DNA of 64,000 nucleotides from Candidatus Dojkabacteria bacterium (GCA_012513575.1 JAAZBX010000002.1:104574-168573), one strand, 5' to 3'. Positions 39,165 to 49,616 are shown, numbered from the stretch's first letter. Notes: a model not told the origin generated them from the sequence alone. Numbers and translations: made by a program.

Positions 39165-39515
39165 ATGAAAAGTTTAAAATATTCTTTGACCCCGATTTTG
39201 TTTGGTTTGTTTCTCCCCTCAGCGGTTTTTGCAGACGGAATAATTACTGGTATCCTTCCAGAGGGTCCTAATACAACAATTCCAATTTTAATCAAAACAG
39301 TTTTGAATTTTGCCATTGGATTTGCAGTTGTTGTTTGTGTCGCTATCTTAATCTTCGCAGGCTATTCATATATGACAGCAAATGGTGATGAAGACAAAAT
39401 CCAGAAAGCAACAAAATCCTTAACATGGGCAATCATTGGATTGGTAGTATGTTTTGTTGCAATTCTCTTAGTAAGATTTGTAGGGGAAAAGATTGGAATT
39501 GATTTTGGAGCTTAA
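39165..39515 (+). CDS. VirB2/TrbC-like pilin 3
   Basis: Signal AVFA|D; AGYSYMTANGDEDKIQKATKSLTWAIIGL. Confidence 0.8.
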   Translation: MKSLKYSLTPILFGLFLPSAVFADGIITGILPEGPNTTIPILIKTVLNFAIGFAVVVCVAILIFAGYSYMTANGDEDKIQKATKSLTWAIIGLVVCFVAILLVRFVGEKIGIDFGA

Positions 39516-40002
39516 GACTTTATTCAAGAGCAATTGACATTTCTTCACGACATCGGAGTGTTCTTTATTAACCACTCTTGTTGAATTCCTAATATTGTTA
39601 TTATATAATGAGCATTAAGATAATTAATATTAAATAAATAATTAAAACAATGAAGATTTCAAAATTATCGGTTGCTCCAATTTATTTGGCTATGGCAAAT
39701 GCGACTGCGGTATATGCAGATGCTTCTGGATTTCTTCCAGACGACCAGACCGGAGGGAAAACACTCCCAGGAATTATCCAGACAGTTTTGAATTTTGCTA
39801 TTGGATTTGCAGTTGTTGTTTGTGTTGCCATCTTAATCTTCGCAGGCTATTCATACATGACAGCAAATGGAGATGAGAACAAAATCAAGAAAGCTACAAC
39901 ATCTTTAACATGGGCAATCATTGGATTGGTAGTATGTTTTGTTGCAATTCTCTTAGTAAGATTTGTAGGAGAAAAGATTGGAATTGGTTTTGGAGTTTAA
40001 GA
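39297..40002 (+). repeat. Direct repeat ~220 bp (39297-39517 vs 39782-40002) covering the 3' parts of pilins 3 and 4
   Basis: Manual alignment: about 14 mismatches, no gaps, offset 485. Confidence 0.9.
39650..40000 (+). CDS. VirB2/TrbC-like pilin 4
   Basis: Signal AVYA|D; AGYSYMTANGDENKIKKATTSLTWAIIGL. Confidence 0.8.
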   Translation: MKISKLSVAPIYLAMANATAVYADASGFLPDDQTGGKTLPGIIQTVLNFAIGFAVVVCVAILIFAGYSYMTANGDENKIKKATTSLTWAIIGLVVCFVAILLVRFVGEKIGIGFGV

Positions 40003-40036
40003 AATCCATTGAATAAGATATAAGAATACATTCGGA

Positions 40037-40309
40037 ATGGAATGGTTAAGTTTTGTTGAAAAGTTTAATAGGGTGGAGTTCTCCTCATTGCAAGATTTTA
40101 TTGCGAATCTGTTTAATGTTGCAATGTCATTTTCAGTAGTTATTGTGGTAATTGCATTAATCATAGCTGGCTTCAAATATATGTTTTCTAAAGGAGATGG
40201 AGACAAGGTAAAGGAGGCGACTAGGAGTTTAATCTTTGCCCTTATCGGTTTGGTAATTGTATTTCTTTCTCCAACTATTGTAAAATTTGTGATAGATAAA
40301 TTTCTTTAA
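40037..40309 (+). CDS. VirB2/TrbC-like pilin 5
   Basis: AGFKYMFSKGDGDKVKEATRSLIFALIGL. Confidence 0.8.
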   Translation: MEWLSFVEKFNRVEFSSLQDFIANLFNVAMSFSVVIVVIALIIAGFKYMFSKGDGDKVKEATRSLIFALIGLVIVFLSPTIVKFVIDKFL

Positions 40310-40316
40310 TTAAGAA

Positions 40317-40640
40317 ATGTCAAAAAATTTAAATAGAACTATTCTGCTACTTACTTCTCCTTTTCTTTTCATCTCGAAGGTATATGCTGAGGATCCTCCA
40401 GAAATTAATGCTGAAACTATCGACAAATTAATAAATACCATTACTAGTAGATTGCTTCCAATCGCTGGTCTGTTGTCATTCATATTCATCGTTTACGGAG
40501 CATATATGTGGATAATATCTGCTGGGGATCCAGATAAAATTAAAAAAGCTCAGGGTACTTTACAGTGGTCAATTATCGGCCTTATCTTTGTAATTATCGT
40601 CTCCCTTATCCTCAGGGCAGTTCTTGATGCAGTTGCATAA
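40317..40640 (+). CDS. VirB2/TrbC-like pilin 6
   Basis: Signal KVYA|E; GAYMWIISAGDPDKIKKAQGTLQWSIIGL. Confidence 0.8.
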   Translation: MSKNLNRTILLLTSPFLFISKVYAEDPPEINAETIDKLINTITSRLLPIAGLLSFIFIVYGAYMWIISAGDPDKIKKAQGTLQWSIIGLIFVIIVSLILRAVLDAVA

Positions 40641-40641
40641 A

Positions 40642-41037
40642 ATGAAAAACCATTCTTACAAATCAGAAGATTTTTTCAAAAGCCAAGGCTATGCAAGGAA
40701 TGGTATTAAGTTGATTTACAAGAATGAGAGAAATTTCCGAATAGAGCTTGTATTCACGCTTTTGGTCATACTTGCTGGGGTATTTTTCAAGGTTACTCAT
40801 TTTGAGTGGATAGCTTTAAGTTTAGTAATTTCCATGGTTCTAATATCCGAGACAATAAATAGTGCAATTGAAGCTTTGTGCGATACTGTTACTCAGGATT
40901 TTAAGATTAATGTAAAGTATGCTAAGGATGTTAGTGCTGGAGCAGTATTGGTAAGTTCCCTTCTTTCGGTTATCACAGGCCTTATTATCTTTCTCCCATA
41001 TATCATTGAACTTGCTCAAAACATCTTTTTGAGATAA
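40642..41037 (+). CDS. dgkA: Diacylglycerol/undecaprenol kinase (DgkA family)
   Basis: ERNFRIE, ETINSAIEALCD, AKDVSAGAVL. Confidence 0.9.
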   Translation: MKNHSYKSEDFFKSQGYARNGIKLIYKNERNFRIELVFTLLVILAGVFFKVTHFEWIALSLVISMVLISETINSAIEALCDTVTQDFKINVKYAKDVSAGAVLVSSLLSVITGLIIFLPYIIELAQNIFLR

Positions 41038-41053
41038 TGGTATAATTAGGGCG

Positions 41054-42931
41054 ATGAAAGGTATGCCCCAATTCAAAAAAACTTTATTTATCTCTATCAC
41101 TTTACTTTTAGGAATTTTCCTCTTTTTCAATTCTCCAGTATATTCCCAATCAGTTTCAGATCTTGAAAAAGAGATAGAGGAAAGTAATAGGGCAATTTCA
41201 GAGAAAGAGAGTATTTTAGGAAATATTGAGAAGAGGATAGCGGAGATAAAGGGAGGAAATCAAACTTTAAGTCAGAAGATTCAGTTGATGACTGATGAGA
41301 TTAATAAGGTTAAGGATACAATTTCACAAAAAGAGATAGAGATTGAAACAAAGGGTAAGGAGATTGAGAGTAAGCAAGAGCAGCTTAATATTCGAAAAGA
41401 AACTTTAGATTTAGTTTCGGCTGAGTTGTATATGGAGACAAGGAATAGGGTGTCAACCTTTTTCCTTTCAGATTGGTCTGATTTAGTAAGAAACTTTTAC
41501 CTTAAAAGAAATATAGTTTCTGATTTGAGACATCAGGTTGAGATGATTAGTGGAGAGTTTAGTTCTTTAGCTGAGGCAAAGGAGTTGTTAGATTCTGAGA
41601 AGAGTCTTTTAGATACACAGAAGAAGGAGTTGGATGATTCCTTGGGTATTTTAGCAACAGAGAAAGCAAAGTTACAGGCAGAACTTAGTAAGCAGTATGC
41701 ACAGAAGGGGAGTTTGAGTTCAGAGATTACAGATTTAACAAAGAAGGTATCTCAATTACAGGCGGCATTGATAGCAGCAAGAGGGGCTGGAACTATATCT
41801 TCGGGGGGTAGTACGGGGACTGTTCCTGGGACTTCGATTTCTCAAGCACCAGCAGGCTATTTTGGAGTTTTCTCTATTGGTGCATATACGCATAGAAACG
41901 GTATGAGTCAGTGGGGAGCGAGGGCGAGGGCTGATGCAGGACAATCTACAGGACAGATACTAAGCTTTTACTATCCTAACACAAGAATCTCAAATGGTGT
42001 AGTTAATTCTAATGGAATTCCCCAACCTTTAATGCAGAATATTAATGTGAATAATGTAGGTACTCTTTCATTTGAGGATTACTATCTATTGGGTATACAG
42101 GAGATGCCGGAGAGTTGGAATATGGAAGTATTGAAAGCCCAAGCAATTGTTGCTAGAACCTACGCCGTGTGGTACGTTAACAATGGGAATGGAAGATGGG
42201 TAAACAAAACTCTTGTTAACTCTATTTGCACATCCCAGAGTTGTCAAGTATTTAATACCCCACTCAAAGCTGGGGCTTGGAGAACCGCTGTACAGCAAAC
42301 AAGAGGGCAAATTTTGACAGACTCAAGTGGATCTGCAGTAATGGCTGAATATGCAGCTGTACATGGAGCATGGGGGAATTGGCAGGGGCAAGCTACAGGT
42401 TGGGACACACAGAGTGGAAGTGGAGATAATTGGTTTACCGATGCTTGGGATAAAATTTCTGGTGTTAACTGGTTTTATAGATCTTGGTATATCAATGGAT
42501 CTGGTTATTCTGGAGAAACATGCGGACATTCACCATATCTTTCTCCATCAGAAATGTTAATCATTCTTAATGCCTATTATGTAAAGAAAGGTGAGGGTTT
42601 AAGGATGACTCCCGATTTGTCAAGATTGCTTCCAAGCGATTATGGGAAGTGCCCAGGAGGAGCAAGGGATGATGACTTCGGTCGAACAGACAAAGTCCCA
42701 TACAGTTTATCTGAATTACAGGGATTGTTATCAAATCCAGTAACATCTATATCCTCTGTATATGCTTCCTTTGCTAACGGACAAACCACAAATGTATATT
42801 TTCAAACAAATAGAGGCCTTATATCAATGTCCGGCTTTGCCTTCAAAGATATATACAATCAAATGGCTCCAGGTCATATGAGAATACAACAACAATCTTC
42901 CTATGCTTTCTTCAATATAGAAAAGAAATAG
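41054..42931 (+). CDS. Exported coiled-coil + SpoIID/LytB-domain peptidoglycan hydrolase
   Basis: Signal peptide, ~200-aa coiled coil, HRNGMSQWGA, EMPESW...LKAQAIVARTYA, ICTSQSCQVF. Confidence 0.85.
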   Translation: MKGMPQFKKTLFISITLLLGIFLFFNSPVYSQSVSDLEKEIEESNRAISEKESILGNIEKRIAEIKGGNQTLSQKIQLMTDEINKVKDTISQKEIEIETKGKEIESKQEQLNIRKETLDLVSAELYMETRNRVSTFFLSDWSDLVRNFYLKRNIVSDLRHQVEMISGEFSSLAEAKELLDSEKSLLDTQKKELDDSLGILATEKAKLQAELSKQYAQKGSLSSEITDLTKKVSQLQAALIAARGAGTISSGGSTGTVPGTSISQAPAGYFGVFSIGAYTHRNGMSQWGARARADAGQSTGQILSFYYPNTRISNGVVNSNGIPQPLMQNINVNNVGTLSFEDYYLLGIQEMPESWNMEVLKAQAIVARTYAVWYVNNGNGRWVNKTLVNSICTSQSCQVFNTPLKAGAWRTAVQQTRGQILTDSSGSAVMAEYAAVHGAWGNWQGQATGWDTQSGSGDNWFTDAWDKISGVNWFYRSWYINGSGYSGETCGHSPYLSPSEMLIILNAYYVKKGEGLRMTPDLSRLLPSDYGKCPGGARDDDFGRTDKVPYSLSELQGLLSNPVTSISSVYASFANGQTTNVYFQTNRGLISMSGFAFKDIYNQMAPGHMRIQQQSSYAFFNIEKK

Positions 42932-42980
42932 TCATACTTAATTAGCTACTCTAAATCAATAAATTATGTTATCCTAATTT

Positions 42981-43598
42981 ATGAATGAGGTAGAAAAGAT
43001 CAATATCCCAGAAAAATTCCAAAAAATAGATAGAACATTCCTAAACCATCTTCGTAATGAAAAGGGCAGTGTATTTATGCCATTCCCTAGAAATACGTCA
43101 TTTTTAGGAAAAGAGGATGATGAAAGCGTAGTCTTAATCCTAAGAAAACATTGGCAATTTCTTCTACCCACAATCCTAGAATGTATCTTCTTACTTCTTC
43201 TACCTTTCATCCTTTCAGTGATAATTCCAAATTTGCCCAACAGAGGACTATTCGTCTTCGCTCTCTTTCTTGTATCCCTTTTAATTTCCTTATCCCTATT
43301 AATATATCGATATGTAAGATGGTTTTACAATGTAAATATCATAACTGACCAAAGAGTAATTGATATGGATTTTGAAACTCTTTTCTCACACAAAACAACT
43401 GAAGCAAGACTGGAGAAGGTAGAGGATATTACTTTCAAGCAAATTGGAATCCTCTCAAACCTGTTTGATATTGGTTCAATATATATTCAAACGGCGGGAG
43501 CAAAATCAGAAATAGAGTTTAAGGGAATTCACAATCCCAAACAGGTTCAAGACATACTCTCTGATCTGCTAGAGTCTAAAAAGAAAGGAGAAATTTAA
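42981..43598 (+). CDS. Membrane protein with bacterial PH (bPH_2) domain
   Basis: LRKHW, IITDQRVID, FDIGSIYIQTAG. Confidence 0.8.
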   Translation: MNEVEKINIPEKFQKIDRTFLNHLRNEKGSVFMPFPRNTSFLGKEDDESVVLILRKHWQFLLPTILECIFLLLLPFILSVIIPNLPNRGLFVFALFLVSLLISLSLLIYRYVRWFYNVNIITDQRVIDMDFETLFSHKTTEARLEKVEDITFKQIGILSNLFDIGSIYIQTAGAKSEIEFKGIHNPKQVQDILSDLLESKKKGEI

Positions 43599-43864
43599 TG
43601 GTGGGAAATGAAATATTAGACAGTATAAATATGGTTGAGGTAAATACATTTGATTTTAATATGCTCCCTCTTCTTAAGGTTCCTTTTATACTCTTGTTAA
43701 TTGCAAATCTGTTTTTTGCATTAATTCTTTATCTTCGAATCAGAATTCTCTCTGACACATTTGTCACTTTTGAAAACAGGAGAATAAAGAGTATAGTTGT
43801 TATCTATCTAATAGGCTCACTTGTTCTCTCTTTATTTGCCTTACTCTTTTTAATATTATCATAG
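43598..43864 (+). CDS. Small two-TM protein
   Basis: TAATG-coupled to the upstream gene; hydrophobic. Confidence 0.65.
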   Translation: MVGNEILDSINMVEVNTFDFNMLPLLKVPFILLLIANLFFALILYLRIRILSDTFVTFENRRIKSIVVIYLIGSLVLSLFALLFLILS

Positions 43865-43867
43865 TAT

Positions 43868-46237
43868 ATGGAAATAACTGCTCAACAATACATCTCGAAT
43901 GAAAAAGATTCTCAAGCATATGTAACTACATATGCGAACCTTTTTGACTCTCGAAAAGAAAAAACAGGTAAAGAAGGAGATATTTATGTAATCTTGAAAA
44001 TGTCCTCAACAAAGAAATTGCCTCTTAGTAGGCTATCTAAATTTGTTTTAGACAGTCTTACTGATGGATATCTTTACTCTCACGAGAAAACAACTAACGA
44101 ATCCATGAAATCCTCTTTAGAGGACGGCTTTAACAAATTGAGGAGCTTAATCCAATCAGATAAAGATATTGAAGGGAGTAAAATTGATTTAACAATACTT
44201 GTATGTTTAGTTAAAAAGGAGGGTCTGTATATTGGCTCAATAGGAAAAGGTGAGATATATGTAATTAAAGGAGGAAAAGCAGTAAATATTGCTGAGATAA
44301 TGGAGAAAAAAGAGGCGAATACGGCGGGAGTGTTACTTGAAGAGAATGAAGCACTCCTTCTATCTACACAGGGCATCCTTTCAGAAAATTTGGCAGATAT
44401 CATTGTTGCATCAGAGCAAAAGAAAATTGCAAGAGAAATTACAAAAATTGGAGTAAATCTAAAGGGTGATAACGCGTTAATGACATTTGTAAATCAGAAG
44501 AAAAAAGAGGCCCCATCATTAATTGTAGAAACTTTGAAACCTGAAGTTGAAGAGGATAAACAACTACTCTCTGAGCAGGAAACCTCCGAAGGACAGGGTG
44601 GCGAGGAAGAGGTAAAAACCAAGAAGAAATTTAGCATAAAAGGATTTAGATTAAACAAATTAAAAGCAAGCGAGAATGTTCAGAGGTTTGGGAAAACATT
44701 TGCTCTAACGGCTTCTAAAGTATCTGAATTCGGAAAGAAAATGAAGCCTTCTTCCGAAACGGTAGGTAAATTCAAAAATATTCTGTTCAGAGTGGGCAAT
44801 ATATTTAAGAAAATTTGGGGTTTGATAAAGATGTTGTTTGCAAAAATTTGGCAGAAAATCTCACCTATACTTTCTAGAAAAAGATGGTTCAAGAAGGTAA
44901 TGTCTAAATATTCAGAGATAAGTTTTAAACAACCAAAAAGGACAGCGCAGACAGTTGGGGTGAGGATAGATGATTACAAAGTAAAGGACTTGAGGGGAAA
45001 GAGGATTAAGTTGGTATTGGGAATCCTCTTGATAATTGTATTGATTGTATTTGGAGTCAACTTCGCGATTCAAACAAAGGAAGCTAATGAGCTAAGCAAA
45101 GATGCGAATCAGAAGTTTGATCAGATTGAGAATTTCTTGGACAAAACTGAAAAAAATATTACTTCTGACAAGAGTAGTGCAGAGGTAGCATATTTTGAAG
45201 CAGGAAATATTCTTAAAGAGATACCATCCCCACTTAGAGAGAAAGAGATTGAGAGGGAAAAGAAGATAAATGAGAGGTATAGCTCTATTGGGGATCAACT
45301 ATTTAAGAAAGAGGGTTTTTCTACTGACTTGAAAAATCTTTCTGTATATATCAATCCAAGTCTTTCCTCTATGGGAGAAGGGGTTGATTTGGTAGACATT
45401 GATAAGTATATGGATAAAAATAATAGGGAGTATTTGTTACTTACAGATAAAGGAAAAAAGGTTGTTTATAAGATACTTATTGAAGATACTCCGACTGTGG
45501 AAGTTATTGCTGATGAAAAGAAATTAATTAAAACCCCTCAATATGTATCTGTCGGGGAAAGAGGGGTCTTTGTATATGATAAAGATGCTGGAGTTTTAAA
45601 ATCTTCGATTGCGGAGGATGGGACACTTACAAGCTTTATCTCTCTTCCTGGAATACTTGGCAGGGACATCCCTGATGATGTGATAGAAGATATGATTATT
45701 CTTACTGCCAATGATAATGTTTATCTTGTTTCTTCAACTCAAAAAGCTGTTCTAAGATCAACGGCTGTATATGGAGACAGGTACTCAATGCTAAACAAAT
45801 ATATAGAGAACCCTCTTTTTGAGAGAGCCAAAGATATCCATGGAGATTTCAGTACATATCTATTTGTTGAATCTGATGAAGGTATTTTACGATACATCTG
45901 GAGTTCCGTTGAGCAGAAACAGGTTCCTTCAGAATTAGGAATTACTGGACTCTCGGGGGGTGTAGGAAAGATTACTAAAGGATACACGTATGCAGATAGT
46001 ATGGATAGTGGATTGTATATGTTTGATTCTGAGGGGAGAAGATTTTTAAGGTTTGAAAAACCGCAAGAGAGTGCCTCAGATTTACGACACCCAAACCAGT
46101 TGTTACTACTAAAACAGTATGAATACAGGGGTGAGAATCAGGATGAATTTAAAAATGTAAAGGATTTTGTTGTTGACTATAAAGAAGAGAATATGTACGT
46201 TTTAGATGGTAATACCGTATGGAAAATTTCTTTGTAG
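43868..46237 (+). CDS. Degenerate PP2C-like N-domain, TM and extracellular beta-propeller protein
   Basis: LYIGSIGKGEIYVIK...LLLSTQG PP2C-like strands lacking catalytic Asp; TM ~aa 382-400; NHL-like blades (LLTDKG, FVYDKD, MYVLDGNTVWKI). Confidence 0.6.
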   Translation: MEITAQQYISNEKDSQAYVTTYANLFDSRKEKTGKEGDIYVILKMSSTKKLPLSRLSKFVLDSLTDGYLYSHEKTTNESMKSSLEDGFNKLRSLIQSDKDIEGSKIDLTILVCLVKKEGLYIGSIGKGEIYVIKGGKAVNIAEIMEKKEANTAGVLLEENEALLLSTQGILSENLADIIVASEQKKIAREITKIGVNLKGDNALMTFVNQKKKEAPSLIVETLKPEVEEDKQLLSEQETSEGQGGEEEVKTKKKFSIKGFRLNKLKASENVQRFGKTFALTASKVSEFGKKMKPSSETVGKFKNILFRVGNIFKKIWGLIKMLFAKIWQKISPILSRKRWFKKVMSKYSEISFKQPKRTAQTVGVRIDDYKVKDLRGKRIKLVLGILLIIVLIVFGVNFAIQTKEANELSKDANQKFDQIENFLDKTEKNITSDKSSAEVAYFEAGNILKEIPSPLREKEIEREKKINERYSSIGDQLFKKEGFSTDLKNLSVYINPSLSSMGEGVDLVDIDKYMDKNNREYLLLTDKGKKVVYKILIEDTPTVEVIADEKKLIKTPQYVSVGERGVFVYDKDAGVLKSSIAEDGTLTSFISLPGILGRDIPDDVIEDMIILTANDNVYLVSSTQKAVLRSTAVYGDRYSMLNKYIENPLFERAKDIHGDFSTYLFVESDEGILRYIWSSVEQKQVPSELGITGLSGGVGKITKGYTYADSMDSGLYMFDSEGRRFLRFEKPQESASDLRHPNQLLLLKQYEYRGENQDEFKNVKDFVVDYKEENMYVLDGNTVWKISL

Positions 46238-46248
46238 TATAATAACGA

Positions 46249-46692
46249 ATGAAAATTTCTAATAAAAAGGCTACTTTCAATTATGAGATTATCGAATCTT
46301 TCGAAGCAGGTATTATTCTATCTGGAGCAGAAGTGAAGAGTATAAAGGAAGGAAGAGTAAATCTAACCGATTCATTTGTGAAGATTGTTAGCGGAGATTT
46401 GTATCTAATAAATGCGGAAGTCCCTCAATACAGATACAGTACAGACGAATTTTATGACTCAAGAAAATCAAGAAAGCTTCTTGTTAAAAGGTATGAACTT
46501 ATACAGATTGCTAGCAAACTAAAAGCGAAAAATCTCCTTTTGATACCTTTATCAATATATACTAAAGGGAAGTTGGTAAAAGTTGAAGTTGCATATGCCC
46601 GAGGAAGAAAAAGGCATGAGAAAAAACAAAGAGAGAAGGAAAGGGATTTGGATAGAGAATTGCTTTACGAAAGCCGTAAATTTGTTGTATAA
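46249..46692 (+). CDS. smpB: SsrA-binding protein SmpB
   Basis: NKKATFNY, EAGIILSGAEVKS, RKLL, RGRKRHEKK. Confidence 0.97.
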   Translation: MKISNKKATFNYEIIESFEAGIILSGAEVKSIKEGRVNLTDSFVKIVSGDLYLINAEVPQYRYSTDEFYDSRKSRKLLVKRYELIQIASKLKAKNLLLIPLSIYTKGKLVKVEVAYARGRKRHEKKQREKERDLDRELLYESRKFVV

Positions 46693-46700
46693 TTAAGACT

Positions 46701-47021
46701 ATGAGCGAAATAATAAGTACTGGAATAGAAAGGCATTCGGAAGTGATTAAAAATCCTTCTGAAAGAATCCCTTCAGAAGAGATTCCATCTGTTGAGTTGA
46801 GGGAAAATCCTCTTCCACAGTCAGTTGGTTCACTCACTCCTGCTTTGCAGTCAGAATTGCTTAAAACTACTGAAATCATCCCCCAAAAGGATAATATATG
46901 GGATGGATGTGGCTATACTCCAGGTCAAATAGAAGAGGGATCGACTGAAGCAATCAGTAGTGGTGATAGGGCACGAGATGTTGTTGCTAAAAAGATTTCG
47001 CAAGTCCCTGTTACGGAGTAA
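46701..47021 (+). CDS. Hypothetical protein
   Basis: 106-aa ORF with TATAAT 7 nt upstream of the ATG. Confidence 0.55.
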   Translation: MSEIISTGIERHSEVIKNPSERIPSEEIPSVELRENPLPQSVGSLTPALQSELLKTTEIIPQKDNIWDGCGYTPGQIEEGSTEAISSGDRARDVVAKKISQVPVTE

Positions 47022-47114
47022 TTTTCTTTTGTTTTTTACAACTCTTCCTAATATTTTTTTGATATACAACTATTTCTGTGATATCCTTAATGGATAATAT
47101 ATACTGTCCTTTCG

Positions 47115-49616
47115 ATGTATTCAGAAGATATTTATGCACAAGTATTTGGACCTACGCTAGGGGATTCGGGTAGCGAAACATCTACCAGGTACAAAGATAA
47201 TTCCTATGATACTTTCGATATGGATATTCCTTGGGGGTGGATTTCTTTCTCTATTGTTCTAATTGCTCTTGTTGTATTAGGCTTTTTGTATATAAAAAAG
47301 AATCTCAAGAAGAAGGATAGAAATGAAAAAGCGAGTGATGGTATTCTAATGGAAATTCGGGTACCTAAAGGCAATGAAGTAGAGATAGGATCAGCAGAAA
47401 AGATGTTTGCAAATCTTTATGGTATTGGAGGAAAAGCAGATGGGATAGCCGAGAAATTTAGTGTAAGTAACTGTGTCACTTTCGAAATGGTAGGATTGCC
47501 GGGAGAAATACGCTTCTTTGTTCATTGTCCTAGGAAATATGCAGATATGGTTGAGAAACAAATACTTGGCTCATATCAAGATGCAGATGTCTCTGTTGTA
47601 GACGAATATAATATATTTGCCCCGAAATCAGAAATTGCATATGCGAGGCTTGTATTAGACGAGGATTCATATGCCCCGATAAGAACAGCTGAAAGCTTTA
47701 CTGGCGATCCTATGGCAAATGTTCTTAGCACATTGAGTAAAATGTCTGAACAGGAGGGTGCGATTGTTCAACTTGCTGTTGCTCCTACTGACAATCGATG
47801 GCAGAAGAATGGTAGTGGGTTTGTTCAGAACATTGAAAAAAACAATTCTGATCCAGAAAAAAAGAAGATAAATGTCCCTCAAGAGAAGATACAAGCGATA
47901 AACAAGAAAATCTCTAAGCCTGGATTAATCTCAGAGATTAGAGTAGTTACTAGTGCTCCAACTAAGGAATTTGCAAAAATGCATTTAGATAATATTCTTG
48001 CTGCTTTTGATCAATATTCTAATCCAGGAATAAACAAGTTGAAGAAGAAAAAGATAAAAGATAGTGAAGAGATGTCTTTTCTTTACGATGTAATTTATAG
48101 AAGGACACCTGAGAGTGAGAAAAGTATTCTTAATATTGAAGAATTGGCTGGTTTGTACCACTTCCCAAACAAGGAAATTACAACACCAAATATTTTTTGG
48201 CTTCTTTCTAAAGAGCTTCCAGCAGGGAATGAGATAAGTTCGGATATAAATTCAAGAGACGCAATTTGGCTTGGGAATAACTATTTCCGAGGGAAAAGAA
48301 AGATGATTTGCTTCCAAAGAGATGACCGAAGAAGGCATGCGTACATTTTGGGACAAACAGGTACAGGGAAATCATGGTTGATGGTTAGAATGATGATTCA
48401 AGATATTTATAATGGTGATGGATGTTGTTTTATTGATCCTCACGGTTCAGCAGCTGAGATGCTTTTAGAGAGGATTCCACCTGAGAGGGCAGAGGATGTT
48501 ATCTATTTTAATGCTGCCGATTTTGACAGGCCATTTGGGTTGAATATTATGGAATTCTATAACGAGCAACATAAGCATCAAATTGTAAACAGCTTCTTAG
48601 CTTTGTTAATAAGATTGTTCGATCCAAATAATCAGGGGTATGCTGGGCCTGCTTTCCAGCAAGCAGTTAGAAACTCAATGCTTACAGCCATGTCTAAGCC
48701 AGGTTCTACATTGGTTGAAGTTGTGAGAATTCTTCAGGACGAAGAATGGGTCATGAACTACTGGTTACCCTTAATTAAAGATGAAATGGTACTTGGATAT
48801 TGGACTGACCAGGTAGCGAAGACGGATAAGAAGACAAAGGCTGAGTCATTGACTTACTTTATTTCTAAATTCGATAAATTTACAACAAACTTAGCCATTC
48901 GAAATATTATTGGTCAATCAGAATCATCTTTTGATTTTAGAAAGATCATGGATGAAGGAAAGATTCTCATTGTAAATCTTTCAAAAGGTTTGATAGGGGA
49001 TGAAAATATGTCTTTTCTTGGTTTGTTGATTGTTCAGAAACTTTTAGCTGCTGCTTTGAGTAGAGAGAACATCCCAGAAGAGGAGAGGAAGGATTTCTTT
49101 TTCTATGCAGATGAGTTCCAGAATTTTGCTACGGAGGAGTTTAATTCAATTCTTTCAGAGGCAAGGAAATATAGACTGAATTTGACACTAGCACATCAAT
49201 ATATTGGACAACTTCCAGAGGATATTAAGAATGCAGTTTTTGGAAATGTTGGTTCTCTCTTTATTACAAGGTGTAGTCCTGAAGATGCACAGTTCCTAGA
49301 GACTCCGTTTGAAGGGTATGTGACAGCTTCAGACATAGTCAATCAGTCGATGGGGCATTGGTATACCAAACTCCTTAATAACGGCTCGTATCCCTCTCCT
49401 TTCTCATTGGTAAGTTCGTATGGCCCGAAGTTTCCTGATTCGGGGTTTGATTTGCCAGTAAACAAAGAAGTTACAGGCATTATTAAGGAGATGTCTAGGA
49501 GAAAGTATGGTAGAGATGTAAATGTTGTTGCTAATGATATCCGCACTAGAGCTCAGCTTGATAGGAAGGAAGAGCAAGCTCAGAATCCAGCCCCTGGATT
49601 TCCCCCAATCTTTTAG
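47115..49616 (+). CDS. VirD4/TraD-like type IV coupling ATPase
   Basis: N-terminal TM; DRRRHAYILGQTGTGKS, FIDPHG, YADEFQNF, SEARKYRL..AHQY..QL. Confidence 0.88.
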   Translation: MYSEDIYAQVFGPTLGDSGSETSTRYKDNSYDTFDMDIPWGWISFSIVLIALVVLGFLYIKKNLKKKDRNEKASDGILMEIRVPKGNEVEIGSAEKMFANLYGIGGKADGIAEKFSVSNCVTFEMVGLPGEIRFFVHCPRKYADMVEKQILGSYQDADVSVVDEYNIFAPKSEIAYARLVLDEDSYAPIRTAESFTGDPMANVLSTLSKMSEQEGAIVQLAVAPTDNRWQKNGSGFVQNIEKNNSDPEKKKINVPQEKIQAINKKISKPGLISEIRVVTSAPTKEFAKMHLDNILAAFDQYSNPGINKLKKKKIKDSEEMSFLYDVIYRRTPESEKSILNIEELAGLYHFPNKEITTPNIFWLLSKELPAGNEISSDINSRDAIWLGNNYFRGKRKMICFQRDDRRRHAYILGQTGTGKSWLMVRMMIQDIYNGDGCCFIDPHGSAAEMLLERIPPERAEDVIYFNAADFDRPFGLNIMEFYNEQHKHQIVNSFLALLIRLFDPNNQGYAGPAFQQAVRNSMLTAMSKPGSTLVEVVRILQDEEWVMNYWLPLIKDEMVLGYWTDQVAKTDKKTKAESLTYFISKFDKFTTNLAIRNIIGQSESSFDFRKIMDEGKILIVNLSKGLIGDENMSFLGLLIVQKLLAAALSRENIPEEERKDFFFYADEFQNFATEEFNSILSEARKYRLNLTLAHQYIGQLPEDIKNAVFGNVGSLFITRCSPEDAQFLETPFEGYVTASDIVNQSMGHWYTKLLNNGSYPSPFSLVSSYGPKFPDSGFDLPVNKEVTGIIKEMSRRKYGRDVNVVANDIRTRAQLDRKEEQAQNPAPGFPPIF

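Noticed and set aside
39297-40002. Diversity-generating retroelement TR/VR pair
   Set aside because: Mismatches are mostly synonymous and not adenine-specific, both copies are in intact genes, and no reverse transcriptase is in the window
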